Below are positions 27,355 through 35,365 of a stretch of 35,365 nt of DNA, in pieces. The notes beneath the pieces were generated by a model. It was not told the origin of the DNA, made no database searches, and was given only the letters and a program-made list of their open reading frames with translations. The first letter of the stretch is position 1. Each line of letters begins with the position of its first letter. Source of the DNA: a virus; the UHGV virus genome UHGV-2010328. The stretch is one strand, 5' to 3'. Made by a program: the position numbers and the translations under genes.

Positions 27355-27428
27355 GTGTGTGTCGAAATACTCGCTTAGTGGCAGGGTGTCAACTACATCT
27401 ACCTCTTCTGGTGCAATATCAGACTCTG
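27355..27428 (-). pseudogene. parM-derived remnant (about 72 bp, roughly 80% identical to parM 28399-28470)
   Basis: tgtgtcgaaatactcgct is identical to parM 28405-28422, with similarity continuing about 50 bp. Lies between parR and the GNAT gene with no intact reading frame. Confidence 0.5.
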
Positions 27429-27455
27429 CCCGGCGCAGAGTATTCCGACTGTTGG

Positions 27456-27767
27456 TCATTGAGGGAACATGGCCTGTATATTCTTTTTCATCTGTGTAAC
27501 GTTGTTATTCTCTGTATCCTGCTGTGGTGATTTATTTCGTGGCGTTGGTGTGAGCGGCTGACTGAATCCGCCTTCAGGCCATTCAGCCAGCCAGTAAGCA
27601 AAGGCAGGATCGGTTTTGATGAGTGCCAGTCCAGCCAGAAATGCCGCGCGTTGCGCGCGGCTGCGTTCGGAGGCTGGCAGGTTGTCGAGATAATTACACG
27701 CTTTCCGTTCACTCTTGACGGCTGCTGGCTTCAGATAGAAACTTATTCTTCTGGTTAATGTCGCCAT
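27456..27767 (-). CDS. parR: ParR/StbB-like partition adaptor protein
   Basis: ATG 27767..27765 with AGGAG RBS (ORF-track extension rejected); 103 aa, MATLTRRISFYLKPAAV...ERSRAQRAAFLAGLALI resembles R1 ParR. Immediately downstream of parM. Confidence 0.7.
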   Translation of the reverse strand: MATLTRRISFYLKPAAVKSERKACNYLDNLPASERSRAQRAAFLAGLALIKTDPAFAYWLAEWPEGGFSQPLTPTPRNKSPQQDTENNNVTQMKKNIQAMFPQ

Positions 27768-27771
27768 GGGG

Positions 27772-28731
27772 TTACTCCTTATCCATAGCGTACAGACCGT
27801 TAACCAGAGCAAACTGTGGCACCCCGTCCGCGATGAAAGTCGCATTAACTCCGCAGGCTTCGCGGATCGCGGGTGCCACAATCTCCGCCCCGCCACCGAC
27901 AACCATCACCCGCCCATACCCCGAAAAACCAGCCAGCGCGCGGATCACGCGTTGTTTCAGTGTTTCCTCCTTTTCACGAATAACTGCCATCAGGCTGGCG
28001 TAATGTGCGTTATTGTGGATGTGCTGGCGCAGCCAGGCTTCATCGTGGCGATGTTCGATAATGGTATTGGCGATGTGGTGGCTGGTACGCATACCGTTGG
28101 TGGCCATCACCGACAGAACGGCATCAGCCATCAGAGAAACGCCTACGTGTGGATCGCAAAACACCTGGCTGATACCTGCCAGTTGTCCCTGAACCTTTGC
28201 CACATCCAGCGTGGTTCCGCCTAAATCCACAATCAGCAGGGATTCAAACGGACTCATGTCAGCCAGTGCCTTAAAGCCAGCCGGAATGGATTCAGGCATA
28301 ACCCGTACGTTACGGATAGTGAATGCTTCGCCGTTCTGGTACTCCACCGGGCGTATGACGTTCGCTTTTTTGCGGTTGATGTTGGCCATGTCCGGTTGTG
28401 CGTTTGTGTCGAAATACTCGCTCAGTGGCAGGGTGACAACCACATCCACCTCCTGTGGCGTGATGCCTGATTTGACCAGCGCGTGATGAATGGCAATGAC
28501 ATTCACATCGCTGTACTGGTATTGCGTGTCGGTCGTCTGGACAAAGCGATCGCTGACCGGATCAAAACCATAGCGCACGCCATCAAGCATGTAGTTCGCG
28601 GGCTGCATGCCACCGAACGGCGCAGACCATTCCGATTTGAAGCTGTTCGGGCTGATGGCGTTGCGGCGTTCGCCGTTCTCAGTCCATGCCAGCTTGATGT
28701 TGGTGGAGCCGTCGTCGATACAAATTTTCAT
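27772..28731 (-). CDS. parM: ParM/StbA-like actin-type partition ATPase
   Basis: 319 aa, MKICIDDGSTNIKLAW...ISPNSFK...YSDVNVIAIHHAL...VMPESIPAG...DLGGTTLD...VVGGGAE; close to plasmid R1 ParM throughout by recollection. Confidence 0.85.
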   Translation of the reverse strand: MKICIDDGSTNIKLAWTENGERRNAISPNSFKSEWSAPFGGMQPANYMLDGVRYGFDPVSDRFVQTTDTQYQYSDVNVIAIHHALVKSGITPQEVDVVVTLPLSEYFDTNAQPDMANINRKKANVIRPVEYQNGEAFTIRNVRVMPESIPAGFKALADMSPFESLLIVDLGGTTLDVAKVQGQLAGISQVFCDPHVGVSLMADAVLSVMATNGMRTSHHIANTIIEHRHDEAWLRQHIHNNAHYASLMAVIREKEETLKQRVIRALAGFSGYGRVMVVGGGAEIVAPAIREACGVNATFIADGVPQFALVNGLYAMDKE

Positions 28732-28763
28732 GTCGATTTTCCTTATATTGATTAATTAATCGG

Positions 28764-28874
28764 TTACGGGATTTTTAAATCCCGCTTTTGCCTGTTTTGT
28801 GCGCGCTTCATATATCGCGGCGCGTTTTTTGCTCATTTACGGGTTTTGTGAATCCCGTTTCTGTCTGTTTTTTG
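28764..28874. repeat. two 38-bp direct repeats with internal dyad symmetry (ACGGGaTTTttAAATCCCG type) upstream of parM; candidate parC centromere/operator
   Basis: 28764-28801 ttacgggatttttaaatcccgcttttgcctgttttgtg and 28837-28874 ttacgggttttgtgaatcccgtttctgtctgttttttg, 73 bp apart. The first is intergenic; the second lies in the last codons of A. Confidence 0.45.
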
Positions 28875-31648
28875 TTTCCACTGGTCAGGCTACCCCGCAG
28901 CAGGTCTGCTTTGCGGCGGGCGCGTTCAGTGGTTTCACTGATTCTCTGTGCGTGCTCTGCGTCACGAATGGCGCGCAGCATGTCAGAAAGCACGGTAACG
29001 GGGGTTTTCATGGTGTTCTGGTCCTGCTGAAGTGTGGATGCCAGGTGTGCGGCGGCTTCGGGGTCTGATGCCCCCAGCTGTTCCAGATAGCTGGCGACCG
29101 GGTTATGGCGGATCTCCGTGCTGCTTACGCCGTGATTACGGCTCAGGCGCTGCCAGAGTTGCGTGATTCGGCTGTCCGGGCGGGTATCTGGTTTGCGTAC
29201 AATTTCAAATCCCTGCGGTGCAATGATGCTGCCGTCAACGTACAGACTGCCGCCCCGTAACAGGTGCAGCATCTGTTGTTCACCGATATGCAGGCCGAGA
29301 GATTCGGCAGACTCCCGCCATTCTTTAGCGAGTAACTCGTGGTTATCAGGCAAAGGTCGCGGCTGTTTGCGGCTCTGTGTCCAGTTCTGCATTTCATCGC
29401 TGCTGTTTTTTGCCTGTTTGTCACGAAGCGAACGCATCAGCGCCCGGCGTTCGTGCCGTTTCAGTGAGCGCATCCATTCATTTACTTCAACGCCGTCAGG
29501 AAGCTGCGGCCACGGTGCTGGCCGTTCTTCCGGCTGTTCTGTTCCGTTGTTGCTCGTTTCCTGTACACGGGGACAGTTATTGCCACGAGTCCAAGGGGCG
29601 GCAGGGCCGCCCTGAAGGTCAAAACCATTTTCGCGGGCGCCGTCTTCCGCTTCCGGTTTGCGTCTTACCAGCTTCCAGTTATCTGGATGCGTGCACACAC
29701 GGGAGGATTCCCCGATGAGCGGCGACCAGATCCCGTAAATCTGTACGCTCTGTTCGCCGTAATCATTCAGCTCATCTGCGAGGTCGTAGGCGGTGCGAAT
29801 CAGGTAGTCTTTGCGTGGAACAAGTACGCCACCCTGTTTCTCAATGTAGGTGGCAAAACATCCGGCATCAGCGGCAGCGAGTACCGCGTCCATTGCGTCA
29901 TCCTTCAGCCGTTGCGGACCTTCCGGGTTGCGTGCCATCTGGCTGGCAAGGCGGCGCAGTTCACGCCACACCTGACGGGAGGGGATACCAAAGAACTGGA
30001 ACTGGCGGACCCGGTGAAGGCGCGCCCAGCCGATGGCGCGTTCCACGCTCTCGGCCATTGATTTTCCGGTTTCGTGGTCAACGCGTGGCTTGCCCGTTTT
30101 CGGGTCGATGCCATCTACGGCGCGGCTGTCCAGGTTTTTTCCGATGTAGGTCGCGATATAGCTGGTTGGTGTGCCTTTTGAGCCGTCGACATACTCCGCC
30201 TTAAAGCGCGGAGTAATATCATTGCCCAGCTCGTGGCGGTCTTCCTGAATGGCAATATCGCGGGTGATGGCCACGATGCTGTCGATTTCTTCCGGATGAG
30301 CAAAGACCATCATATGCCAGTGCACGGTGCCGTCATGGTGAGGCTCCACCGTGCGGATGCCATACCAGCGAAGACCGTCGCGGTTCAGTTTTTTGCGGAC
30401 CGCCGCAAAAAACGTGTTAACCAGGTAATCGCTGGAGTCGCGCATGGTGGCCCCGTTCCATTTGGGGTTCGGATGACCGTTCTCTGTTGTGGCGTGGTAT
30501 TTTGACGGGCAGGTGACAGTCAGAAACACCGCTTTGTCACCACGGGCTTCGGCCAGAAGTTCCAGCCCCTTCATGGTGGCCATCATTTCTGCCTTACGGT
30601 GAACCGGGTTACTTACTCCCGCGTAATACACTGTCTCGAGATCAATCGTGAAGCCGTCTTCGTTTTCCAGTTCGAAGCTCTTCAGGAAGTCGCGGGTTTT
30701 CTCGCGCTGTGCGCGAAACTCGCTTAACGCGTCCTGGCTCAGATAGGGTGATGTTTTTCTGGAAACCAGACAGGCGGCACGGAGCTGTTCTTCCCGCCAC
30801 TCGCAACGTAACAGCCACAGTTTGTGTTTCCACCATTCCGCACAGGTCAGGCGAAGGATGGCCCCCGGCAGCAGCTCCGTATCCGGTGCGTTCTTCCGGT
30901 CTTTGTCCGTTCTCAGTGCTTCGTAATGCGGCGGCATGGTGTGCAGATGTAACGCCATGCGGGCCAGCATCTGATACGCCTTCAGCGCAATTTTCATGGT
31001 CAGCTCGCCATCGGTCGCGCCAAAGTTATCGCAGAGTTTTTCGAAGGTGCTGCTGAACATCGCCGCCGTCATGGTGGCCAGCGTCTGTATCTGGTGTTTG
31101 TTGAGCTGCGGCAGGTAAAGCAAATCGTCCAGGCGTTCGCGTCCGGCAAGGGAGCGATAACCCGGTGTCAGCCAGCGGTGATCGGTGCGGTCCAGACGTT
31201 CGAATATTTTGCGCAGGGTTCCGCGCGCGTAGCGTTCAGCCTGCCAGCTCTTTTTGCCTTTCTGGCGATCGGCTTCCTGTTTTTTGCGCAGGAAAGAGAG
31301 GTGGCGGCTCAGAGGTTCACGCAGATAAACGGGAAGCACCTTCAGTGTGGCAAAAGCACGGGCCACCGGGTCTTGTTCTGTTGCCTGACGCTTATTGATG
31401 ATGTTCTGTGCCAGCTTTTCACGCTGTCCGGCTTCCTCAAGGGATGCCATGAGTCTTTTACCCACGGTGGATTGTGCGAAAAAGGCTTCCTCCTTCGCTT
31501 CCTGTTCTTCCAGAGCCTTTTTGTCTGCCTCAAGGTAGTAACGGATGGCGCGTTGCAGGTCGGTTTCAGTTTCCTGCCTGTGCTCCGTAAATCTGGCCGG
31601 ATCAATGGCTGGTCGTGGTTCATTCCAGCTCCATGCAAACTCACTCAT
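28808..31648 (-). CDS. A: replication initiation protein A (rolling-circle nickase, gpA-like)
   Basis: ATG 31648..31646 overlaps the upstream stop (ATGA). 946 aa with HUH-type motif (GTVHWHMMVFAH) and paired tyrosines YIATY typical of P2 A. Longer than P2 A (about 760 aa). Confidence 0.85.
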   Translation of the reverse strand: MSEFAWSWNEPRPAIDPARFTEHRQETETDLQRAIRYYLEADKKALEEQEAKEEAFFAQSTVGKRLMASLEEAGQREKLAQNIINKRQATEQDPVARAFATLKVLPVYLREPLSRHLSFLRKKQEADRQKGKKSWQAERYARGTLRKIFERLDRTDHRWLTPGYRSLAGRERLDDLLYLPQLNKHQIQTLATMTAAMFSSTFEKLCDNFGATDGELTMKIALKAYQMLARMALHLHTMPPHYEALRTDKDRKNAPDTELLPGAILRLTCAEWWKHKLWLLRCEWREEQLRAACLVSRKTSPYLSQDALSEFRAQREKTRDFLKSFELENEDGFTIDLETVYYAGVSNPVHRKAEMMATMKGLELLAEARGDKAVFLTVTCPSKYHATTENGHPNPKWNGATMRDSSDYLVNTFFAAVRKKLNRDGLRWYGIRTVEPHHDGTVHWHMMVFAHPEEIDSIVAITRDIAIQEDRHELGNDITPRFKAEYVDGSKGTPTSYIATYIGKNLDSRAVDGIDPKTGKPRVDHETGKSMAESVERAIGWARLHRVRQFQFFGIPSRQVWRELRRLASQMARNPEGPQRLKDDAMDAVLAAADAGCFATYIEKQGGVLVPRKDYLIRTAYDLADELNDYGEQSVQIYGIWSPLIGESSRVCTHPDNWKLVRRKPEAEDGARENGFDLQGGPAAPWTRGNNCPRVQETSNNGTEQPEERPAPWPQLPDGVEVNEWMRSLKRHERRALMRSLRDKQAKNSSDEMQNWTQSRKQPRPLPDNHELLAKEWRESAESLGLHIGEQQMLHLLRGGSLYVDGSIIAPQGFEIVRKPDTRPDSRITQLWQRLSRNHGVSSTEIRHNPVASYLEQLGASDPEAAAHLASTLQQDQNTMKTPVTVLSDMLRAIRDAEHAQRISETTERARRKADLLRGSLTSGNKKQTETGFTKPVNEQKTRRDI

Positions 31649-32034
31649 GGCTGGTATCCCGTCACGCGCTGCCACTCCTGCAAGAAGATGGTGGAAAGGC
31701 GGTTAAATTCAGCGGTGTATTCACTCAGCGAGGCACACCCGCCAGCAGTGCGATGCGCCAGCATTGCCGCAAATACGGAGGCCGGGGAGTCGTAATACGC
31801 CAGCAGTGATTCGCCGTGCGGTGTCAGGCAGTGCAACGCCAGTCCGTGTGGTGTGAAGTCCACGCGGTAGCAGTCGTCTACTGTGAAATAAAGGGTATCC
31901 ACATTCTCCGGTTTTGTAGTGCGTGCTCTGTTGTCACGACCACGGATGTAAAGATCAAATAATCCTTGGAGAACGGGAGCCAGACGGGTGTCCTGTGTGC
32001 GCACCCATCTTGTGAAGTCATGAGCGTCAATCAT
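31645..32034 (-). CDS. hypothetical early protein (immediately upstream of A)
   Basis: 129-aa ORF translationally coupled to A. No recognisable motif. Confidence 0.5.
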   Translation of the reverse strand: MIDAHDFTRWVRTQDTRLAPVLQGLFDLYIRGRDNRARTTKPENVDTLYFTVDDCYRVDFTPHGLALHCLTPHGESLLAYYDSPASVFAAMLAHRTAGGCASLSEYTAEFNRLSTIFLQEWQRVTGYQP

Positions 32035-32142
32035 GCTGCAATTCTCTCTACTAAGGATGTGCGAAGGCTTCCTGCCAAAAAACTCAGAAGCGGTCGGTTA
32101 CAGAAATTGGCGTTCTACGAGTAGTTATTGCTGGCTTGAGGT

Positions 32143-32361
32143 TCATTTCTGTTTAATTCCGTGCATGCTGTAGAAGAAATCAAAAGTGTTATCTATGCGT
32201 ATCATGAGCTCACGCTGCATCGCTTCTGGTGTTTCTGGTTCACCTGGTGAGCCAACTCCCGCGAAGAAATCACCGATCTCGCTTTGAATAAGTGCCTTTA
32301 GCGTTGCTGAGGAATTCAGGTGTGTGCGGTGATGTCTGCGAGTGATTCTTCTCCTGCTCAT
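32143..32361 (-). CDS. hypothetical early protein
   Basis: 72-aa ORF, co-directional. Stop overlaps the upstream gene's region. Confidence 0.4.
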   Translation of the reverse strand: MSRRRITRRHHRTHLNSSATLKALIQSEIGDFFAGVGSPGEPETPEAMQRELMIRIDNTFDFFYSMHGIKQK

Positions 32362-32561
32362 TTACGTGGATCCTGTACCTGTCGGATAAGATTCACCCGC
32401 GCCACATTAGTGGCGCAGAAGTAAGTACCGTCAGTGAGATAGATGTGGTGTGCATCCTTTTCTGAGCGGTGTTTGTCGATTGTGGTAATCAGGCGTTCGT
32501 CGACTTCGTATTCACGTCCTCTGGAAGTGAAACGAACGACAGGAAAATGCTTAATTGCCAT
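32358..32561 (-). CDS. hypothetical early protein
   Basis: 67-aa ORF in the early operon. Confidence 0.4.
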   Translation of the reverse strand: MAIKHFPVVRFTSRGREYEVDERLITTIDKHRSEKDAHHIYLTDGTYFCATNVARVNLIRQVQDPRK

Positions 32562-32649
32562 TACGCCTCCTGGGCGTGTGCGAATACCTCCGCGAATGCG
32601 GATTGTTTTTACATTTTCTTATTTAACCTAGGGTTTTTATTTGCGCTGT

Positions 32650-32762
32650 TATTCGCCAGTGAAAAAGCGTTCAATCTTTTTTACTGAATGAATAATTTGC
32701 ATAATCCCAATGGCGCAGACCACCGAAATAATCAGAACAAACCATGAGATAAATATACTCAT
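32650..32762 (-). CDS. possible small hydrophobic peptide (37 aa)
   Basis: ATG 32762..32760 overlaps the upstream stop (ATGA); MSIFISWFVLIISVVCAIGIMQIIHSVKKIERFFTGE is one TM helix. Not in the ORF track (too short). Confidence 0.3.
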
Positions 32763-33001
32763 GCAATATTCCCCAGCTTATACGGTTCAATATGCTCCCC
32801 GCATTCTGCGGCACAGATCAGCTCGGAAAGTTCGTTAAGTGCATCCAGATCATCAGCGTAAAAAGCCACGTCATACAGACTCCGGATTGCCCTGGTCAAT
32901 GAGTCACGGGCTGCACGTTCAGCATGAGCACCTGATGCACTTAAGCGAAAATAAAAACGCTCAAGTGCTTTGTTAATGAGAGTTTTATATTCTTTGCCCA
33001 T
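32759..33001 (-). CDS. hypothetical early protein
   Basis: 80-aa ORF in the early operon. Confidence 0.45.
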   Translation of the reverse strand: MGKEYKTLINKALERFYFRLSASGAHAERAARDSLTRAIRSLYDVAFYADDLDALNELSELICAAECGEHIEPYKLGNIA

Positions 33002-33012
33002 CGCAACGCCCT

Positions 33013-33291
33013 TTAATCTGCTTTCTGAATTTCAGCTTCTGAATCCATACAAATAATTTCGATATAGGGTTCATCGCCATTAATCTTACGTGCTTTTTCA
33101 GCTTCGCTAATGATTCCGTGTACAGTCTGGTACGGAAGTTCTACGGTCAGGCGCGTGCCGTTCAGATAAACGTAAGTAGCTGCATTTTTTTCTGATGGGA
33201 CAACTCCATCAATAGCTGATGCGCGCAATAACAGTTCACCGCGAAAATCAATAAAACGGATAAATACACCTTGTGCATGCTCTTTGATCAT
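33013..33291 (-). CDS. hypothetical early protein
   Basis: ATG 33291..33289 (MIKEHAQGVFIRF...); the longer track ORF would overlap the upstream gene. Confidence 0.45.
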   Translation of the reverse strand: MIKEHAQGVFIRFIDFRGELLLRASAIDGVVPSEKNAATYVYLNGTRLTVELPYQTVHGIISEAEKARKINGDEPYIEIICMDSEAEIQKAD

Positions 33292-33301
33292 AACGCACCT
33301 G

Positions 33302-33640
33302 TTATAAATCAGTCTGTTTAATAAAACTTTGCCCGCGAAGCAGACGATCAACCGTGCGAAGTGCTTCGTATAATGTGAAATCCTGTCCGAACTGATTGTC
33401 GCCGCTGCTTAGTGCAAAAATGCGGTTTCCGGTAAACGGATTGCGTGGGCATCTGTGAACCACGATTCCAGCTTTTTCAATTAGCCAGGTGTGTTCGCCA
33501 ATTTGTTTTACTGTGTGGCCATCAGGTGTTGCGTGCGTCTCGCTCAGGCTGTAGCGGATGTTGCTGCGTGATGCGTTGGTAGCGAAATGGTTAGCGTGGC
33601 GTTCTGTTCCGGTACGAAAATTACGGCGTTGCTTCAGCAT
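33302..33640 (-). CDS. hypothetical early protein
   Basis: 112-aa ORF, second gene of the early operon after the cox-like gene. Confidence 0.45.
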   Translation of the reverse strand: MLKQRRNFRTGTERHANHFATNASRSNIRYSLSETHATPDGHTVKQIGEHTWLIEKAGIVVHRCPRNPFTGNRIFALSSGDNQFGQDFTLYEALRTVDRLLRGQSFIKQTDL

Positions 33641-33654
33641 AAAATGACACCTCG

Positions 33655-33933
33655 TTATTTTGTCATCTGCACGTATTTCTCTGCGCTCCTGATTGTTTTC
33701 AGGAAAAGAGCGAAAAGATTTACTGTGCGTCTTGAGTTCTTTTCATCTTGGTTGATGGGAATTGAACCTCTGTCAGCCTGTCTTTTCACTGTGTTAACAG
33801 CTTGGTTGGTACGCTTTGCGTAATCTTTCAGGCTTTCTTCAAGTACTGGTAACCCATGCTCATCGCGGTAGGGATAGAACGCTGCTAAACGCTCGAAGTC
33901 TGCCTGTTCGTGTGTGTTCAGGACTTTTGCCAT
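33655..33933 (-). CDS. putative Cox/Apl-like early regulator-excisionase (by position only)
   Basis: 92-aa first gene of the early operon, divergent from C. No sequence-level match to P2 Cox recognised. Confidence 0.4.
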   Translation of the reverse strand: MAKVLNTHEQADFERLAAFYPYRDEHGLPVLEESLKDYAKRTNQAVNTVKRQADRGSIPINQDEKNSRRTVNLFALFLKTIRSAEKYVQMTK

Positions 33934-33972
33934 GTGTGATAACCTGCGCTATCTGTGGTTGTTTGTGACTTG

Positions 33973-34017
33973 GTGTACTTATAAGTACACCTTATGCGCA
34001 AGCTTAGTGTACTTATA
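33973..34017. promoter_or_regulatory. immunity switch region: perfect 18-bp palindrome gtgtacttataagtacac (33973-33990) plus direct repeat gtgtacttata (34007-34017)
   Basis: Between the divergent cox-like and C genes. Half-site repeats 34 bp apart, typical of repressor operators overlapping early/repressor promoters. Confidence 0.55.
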
Positions 34018-34029
34018 GGAACACTGTCA

Positions 34030-34338
34030 ATGCTTATCGGTGAAAAAATTAGAGTGATTCGTGAATCAGAGGATTTAACGCGCGAAGAATTTTGCGGCCT
34101 GATTGATGTGCCTGTCGGCACTTTGCGTCGTTATGAAACGGGGCGGATTGAAAACATAGGGGGCGAAGTGCTTATCAAGATTGTTAATCACCCTCGCTTT
34201 TTTAAGTACATGAATTGGCTTATGACAGGAAAAACGAATGAGGCTGCTGGGCAGATCAGTCCCTCTCTCTCCCCTGATGGGCCAGAAAACACATCGTCTT
34301 CTCAAAAGCCCCGCAAGACTGGTACACAGCCCGGCTAA
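34030..34338 (+). CDS. C: immunity repressor C (HTH, P2 C-like)
   Basis: 102 aa from ATG 34030 (MLIGEKIRVIRESEDLTREEF...GTLRRYETG...), similar in length and C-terminal region to P2 C. An alternative ATG at 33994 would overlap the operators. Confidence 0.75.
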   Translation: MLIGEKIRVIRESEDLTREEFCGLIDVPVGTLRRYETGRIENIGGEVLIKIVNHPRFFKYMNWLMTGKTNEAAGQISPSLSPDGPENTSSSQKPRKTGTQPG

Positions 34339-34387
34339 TCATGGAACGCTGGGGGCATGGTGGTCTTGTAACGCTGGGGTTTCACGA

Positions 34388-35365
34388 ATGAGCATAAAAT
34401 CAATTCCGGGAGGGTATCTTCTTGACATGCGCCCGGAGGGGCGTAAAGGCAAACGCATTCGTAAAAAATTTAAAACGAAATCGGATGCAGTTTTATATGA
34501 GCGGTGGGTGCTGGCGCAACAGCATAACAATGAGTGGAAAGGAAACTCTATTGATCGCCGTCCTCTGTCAGTGCTTATTGACTTGTGGTGGAAATACCAC
34601 GGCCAGCTAATGAAGTCAGGGCATAACACGCGCCTTAAATTGCTGCGCTTGAGTGAGGCAATGGATGACCCGTGCGTGCATAAACTTAATACAACGATGC
34701 TCACCGAGCTACGTGTGTCCAGGATAGAGCAGGGGATACAGCCCAGCACCATAAATCGAGAGATTGGGGCGTTAAGCGCGATGTTTACCGCACTCATCTC
34801 ATCCGGCCATTTTCTTAACGATAACCCCGTTCAAGGCCTTAAAGGAATGAAGGTTAACGAGCGCGAAATGGGATATCTGAGTAAGTCTGAATGTGTTCAG
34901 TTGCTGGATGCACTGGCTGAAAATCCCGATGAGCGGCTGGCTGTCGAAATCCTTCTGTCGACCGGGGCGCGATGGGGCGAGGTAGCGGCACTGGAGCAAC
35001 GCCGCGTTCTGCATTGTCGAATCACTTTTTCAAAAACGAAGAACAGCAAAAACCGTACCGTTCCTATTTCTGAAAGCCTGTTTGAAAAGATCAAAAAACG
35101 GGGCGGGAAACTGGTGTTTCCGACGCTGGATTATTCATTGGTTCGCGATGTCATCAAAACGGTCGCACCTGATGTTCCTGACGGCCAGGCTGTTCATGCG
35201 CTGCGCCACACCTTCGCCAGTCATTTCATGATGAACGGTGGCAATATTCTGACGCTCCAGAAAATTCTGGGGCACGCAAAGATTCAGACAACGATGATTT
35301 ATGCCCATCTTGCGCCGGATTACCTGCAGGATGCGGTGAGGTTTAATCCACTAGGAGGTGCTTAA
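34388..35365 (+). CDS. int: tyrosine integrase (P2 Int-like)
   Basis: 325 aa from ATG 34388, with catalytic-region motifs ...GARWGE..., HALRHTFASH and ...IYAHL.... Last gene of the element, downstream of C as in P2. Confidence 0.9.
   Translation: MSIKSIPGGYLLDMRPEGRKGKRIRKKFKTKSDAVLYERWVLAQQHNNEWKGNSIDRRPLSVLIDLWWKYHGQLMKSGHNTRLKLLRLSEAMDDPCVHKLNTTMLTELRVSRIEQGIQPSTINREIGALSAMFTALISSGHFLNDNPVQGLKGMKVNEREMGYLSKSECVQLLDALAENPDERLAVEILLSTGARWGEVAALEQRRVLHCRITFSKTKNSKNRTVPISESLFEKIKKRGGKLVFPTLDYSLVRDVIKTVAPDVPDGQAVHALRHTFASHFMMNGGNILTLQKILGHAKIQTTMIYAHLAPDYLQDAVRFNPLGGA

Noticed and set aside
1-35365. CRISPR arrays, tRNA/rRNA genes, IS elements or transposases
   Set aside because: No regularly spaced short direct repeats, tRNA-like T-arm/acceptor patterns or transposase-like ORFs were seen by eye; the only recombinases are the phage integrase and the fibre invertase. 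attL/attR could not be defined because the integrase-side attachment site lies outside the window.

Overview
This window is an almost complete P2-like (Peduovirus-type) temperate prophage from an enterobacterial genome, with three accessory insertions. All calls are from reading the sequence and ORF translations by eye; no database search was run. Layout by ascending coordinate: a Hok-family toxin gene (1-141, -) and the Ogr late activator (332-592, -); an AT-rich two-gene cargo of unknown function (917-1868, -) between ogr and tail gene D (2093-3193, -); the sheath-tube-E/E'-tape measure-U block (3351-8926, +), which lies on the opposite strand to all other tail genes, unlike P2; a Gin/Hin-family invertase (8962-9549, -) beside a 2.7-kb invertible tail-fibre segment (9604-12321) bounded by two inverted 26-bp gix-like sites, holding a promoterless alternative fibre C-terminus, two convergent tail-fibre assembly genes and the variable part of fibre gene H; baseplate, tail-completion, lysis and capsid genes I-J-W-V-S-R-lysC-lysB-endolysin-holin-X-L-M-N-O (13582-22081, -); terminase P and portal Q (22203-25000, +); a noncoding region with phased repeats (25001-25830); the A-Q variable hotspot carrying an AT-rich GNAT/ASCH-like fusion gene plus a stand-alone ASCH-like gene (25832-27242, -) and a plasmid-type parM-parR partition pair (27456-28731, -); replication initiator A (28808-31648, -); small early ORFs; and the cox-like/C/int immunity-integration module (33655-35365). 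The two best candidates for an undescribed system are the GNAT/ASCH pair and the two-gene cargo between D and ogr. A 21-nt run of N (11660-11680) sits inside H next to a long inverted repeat.
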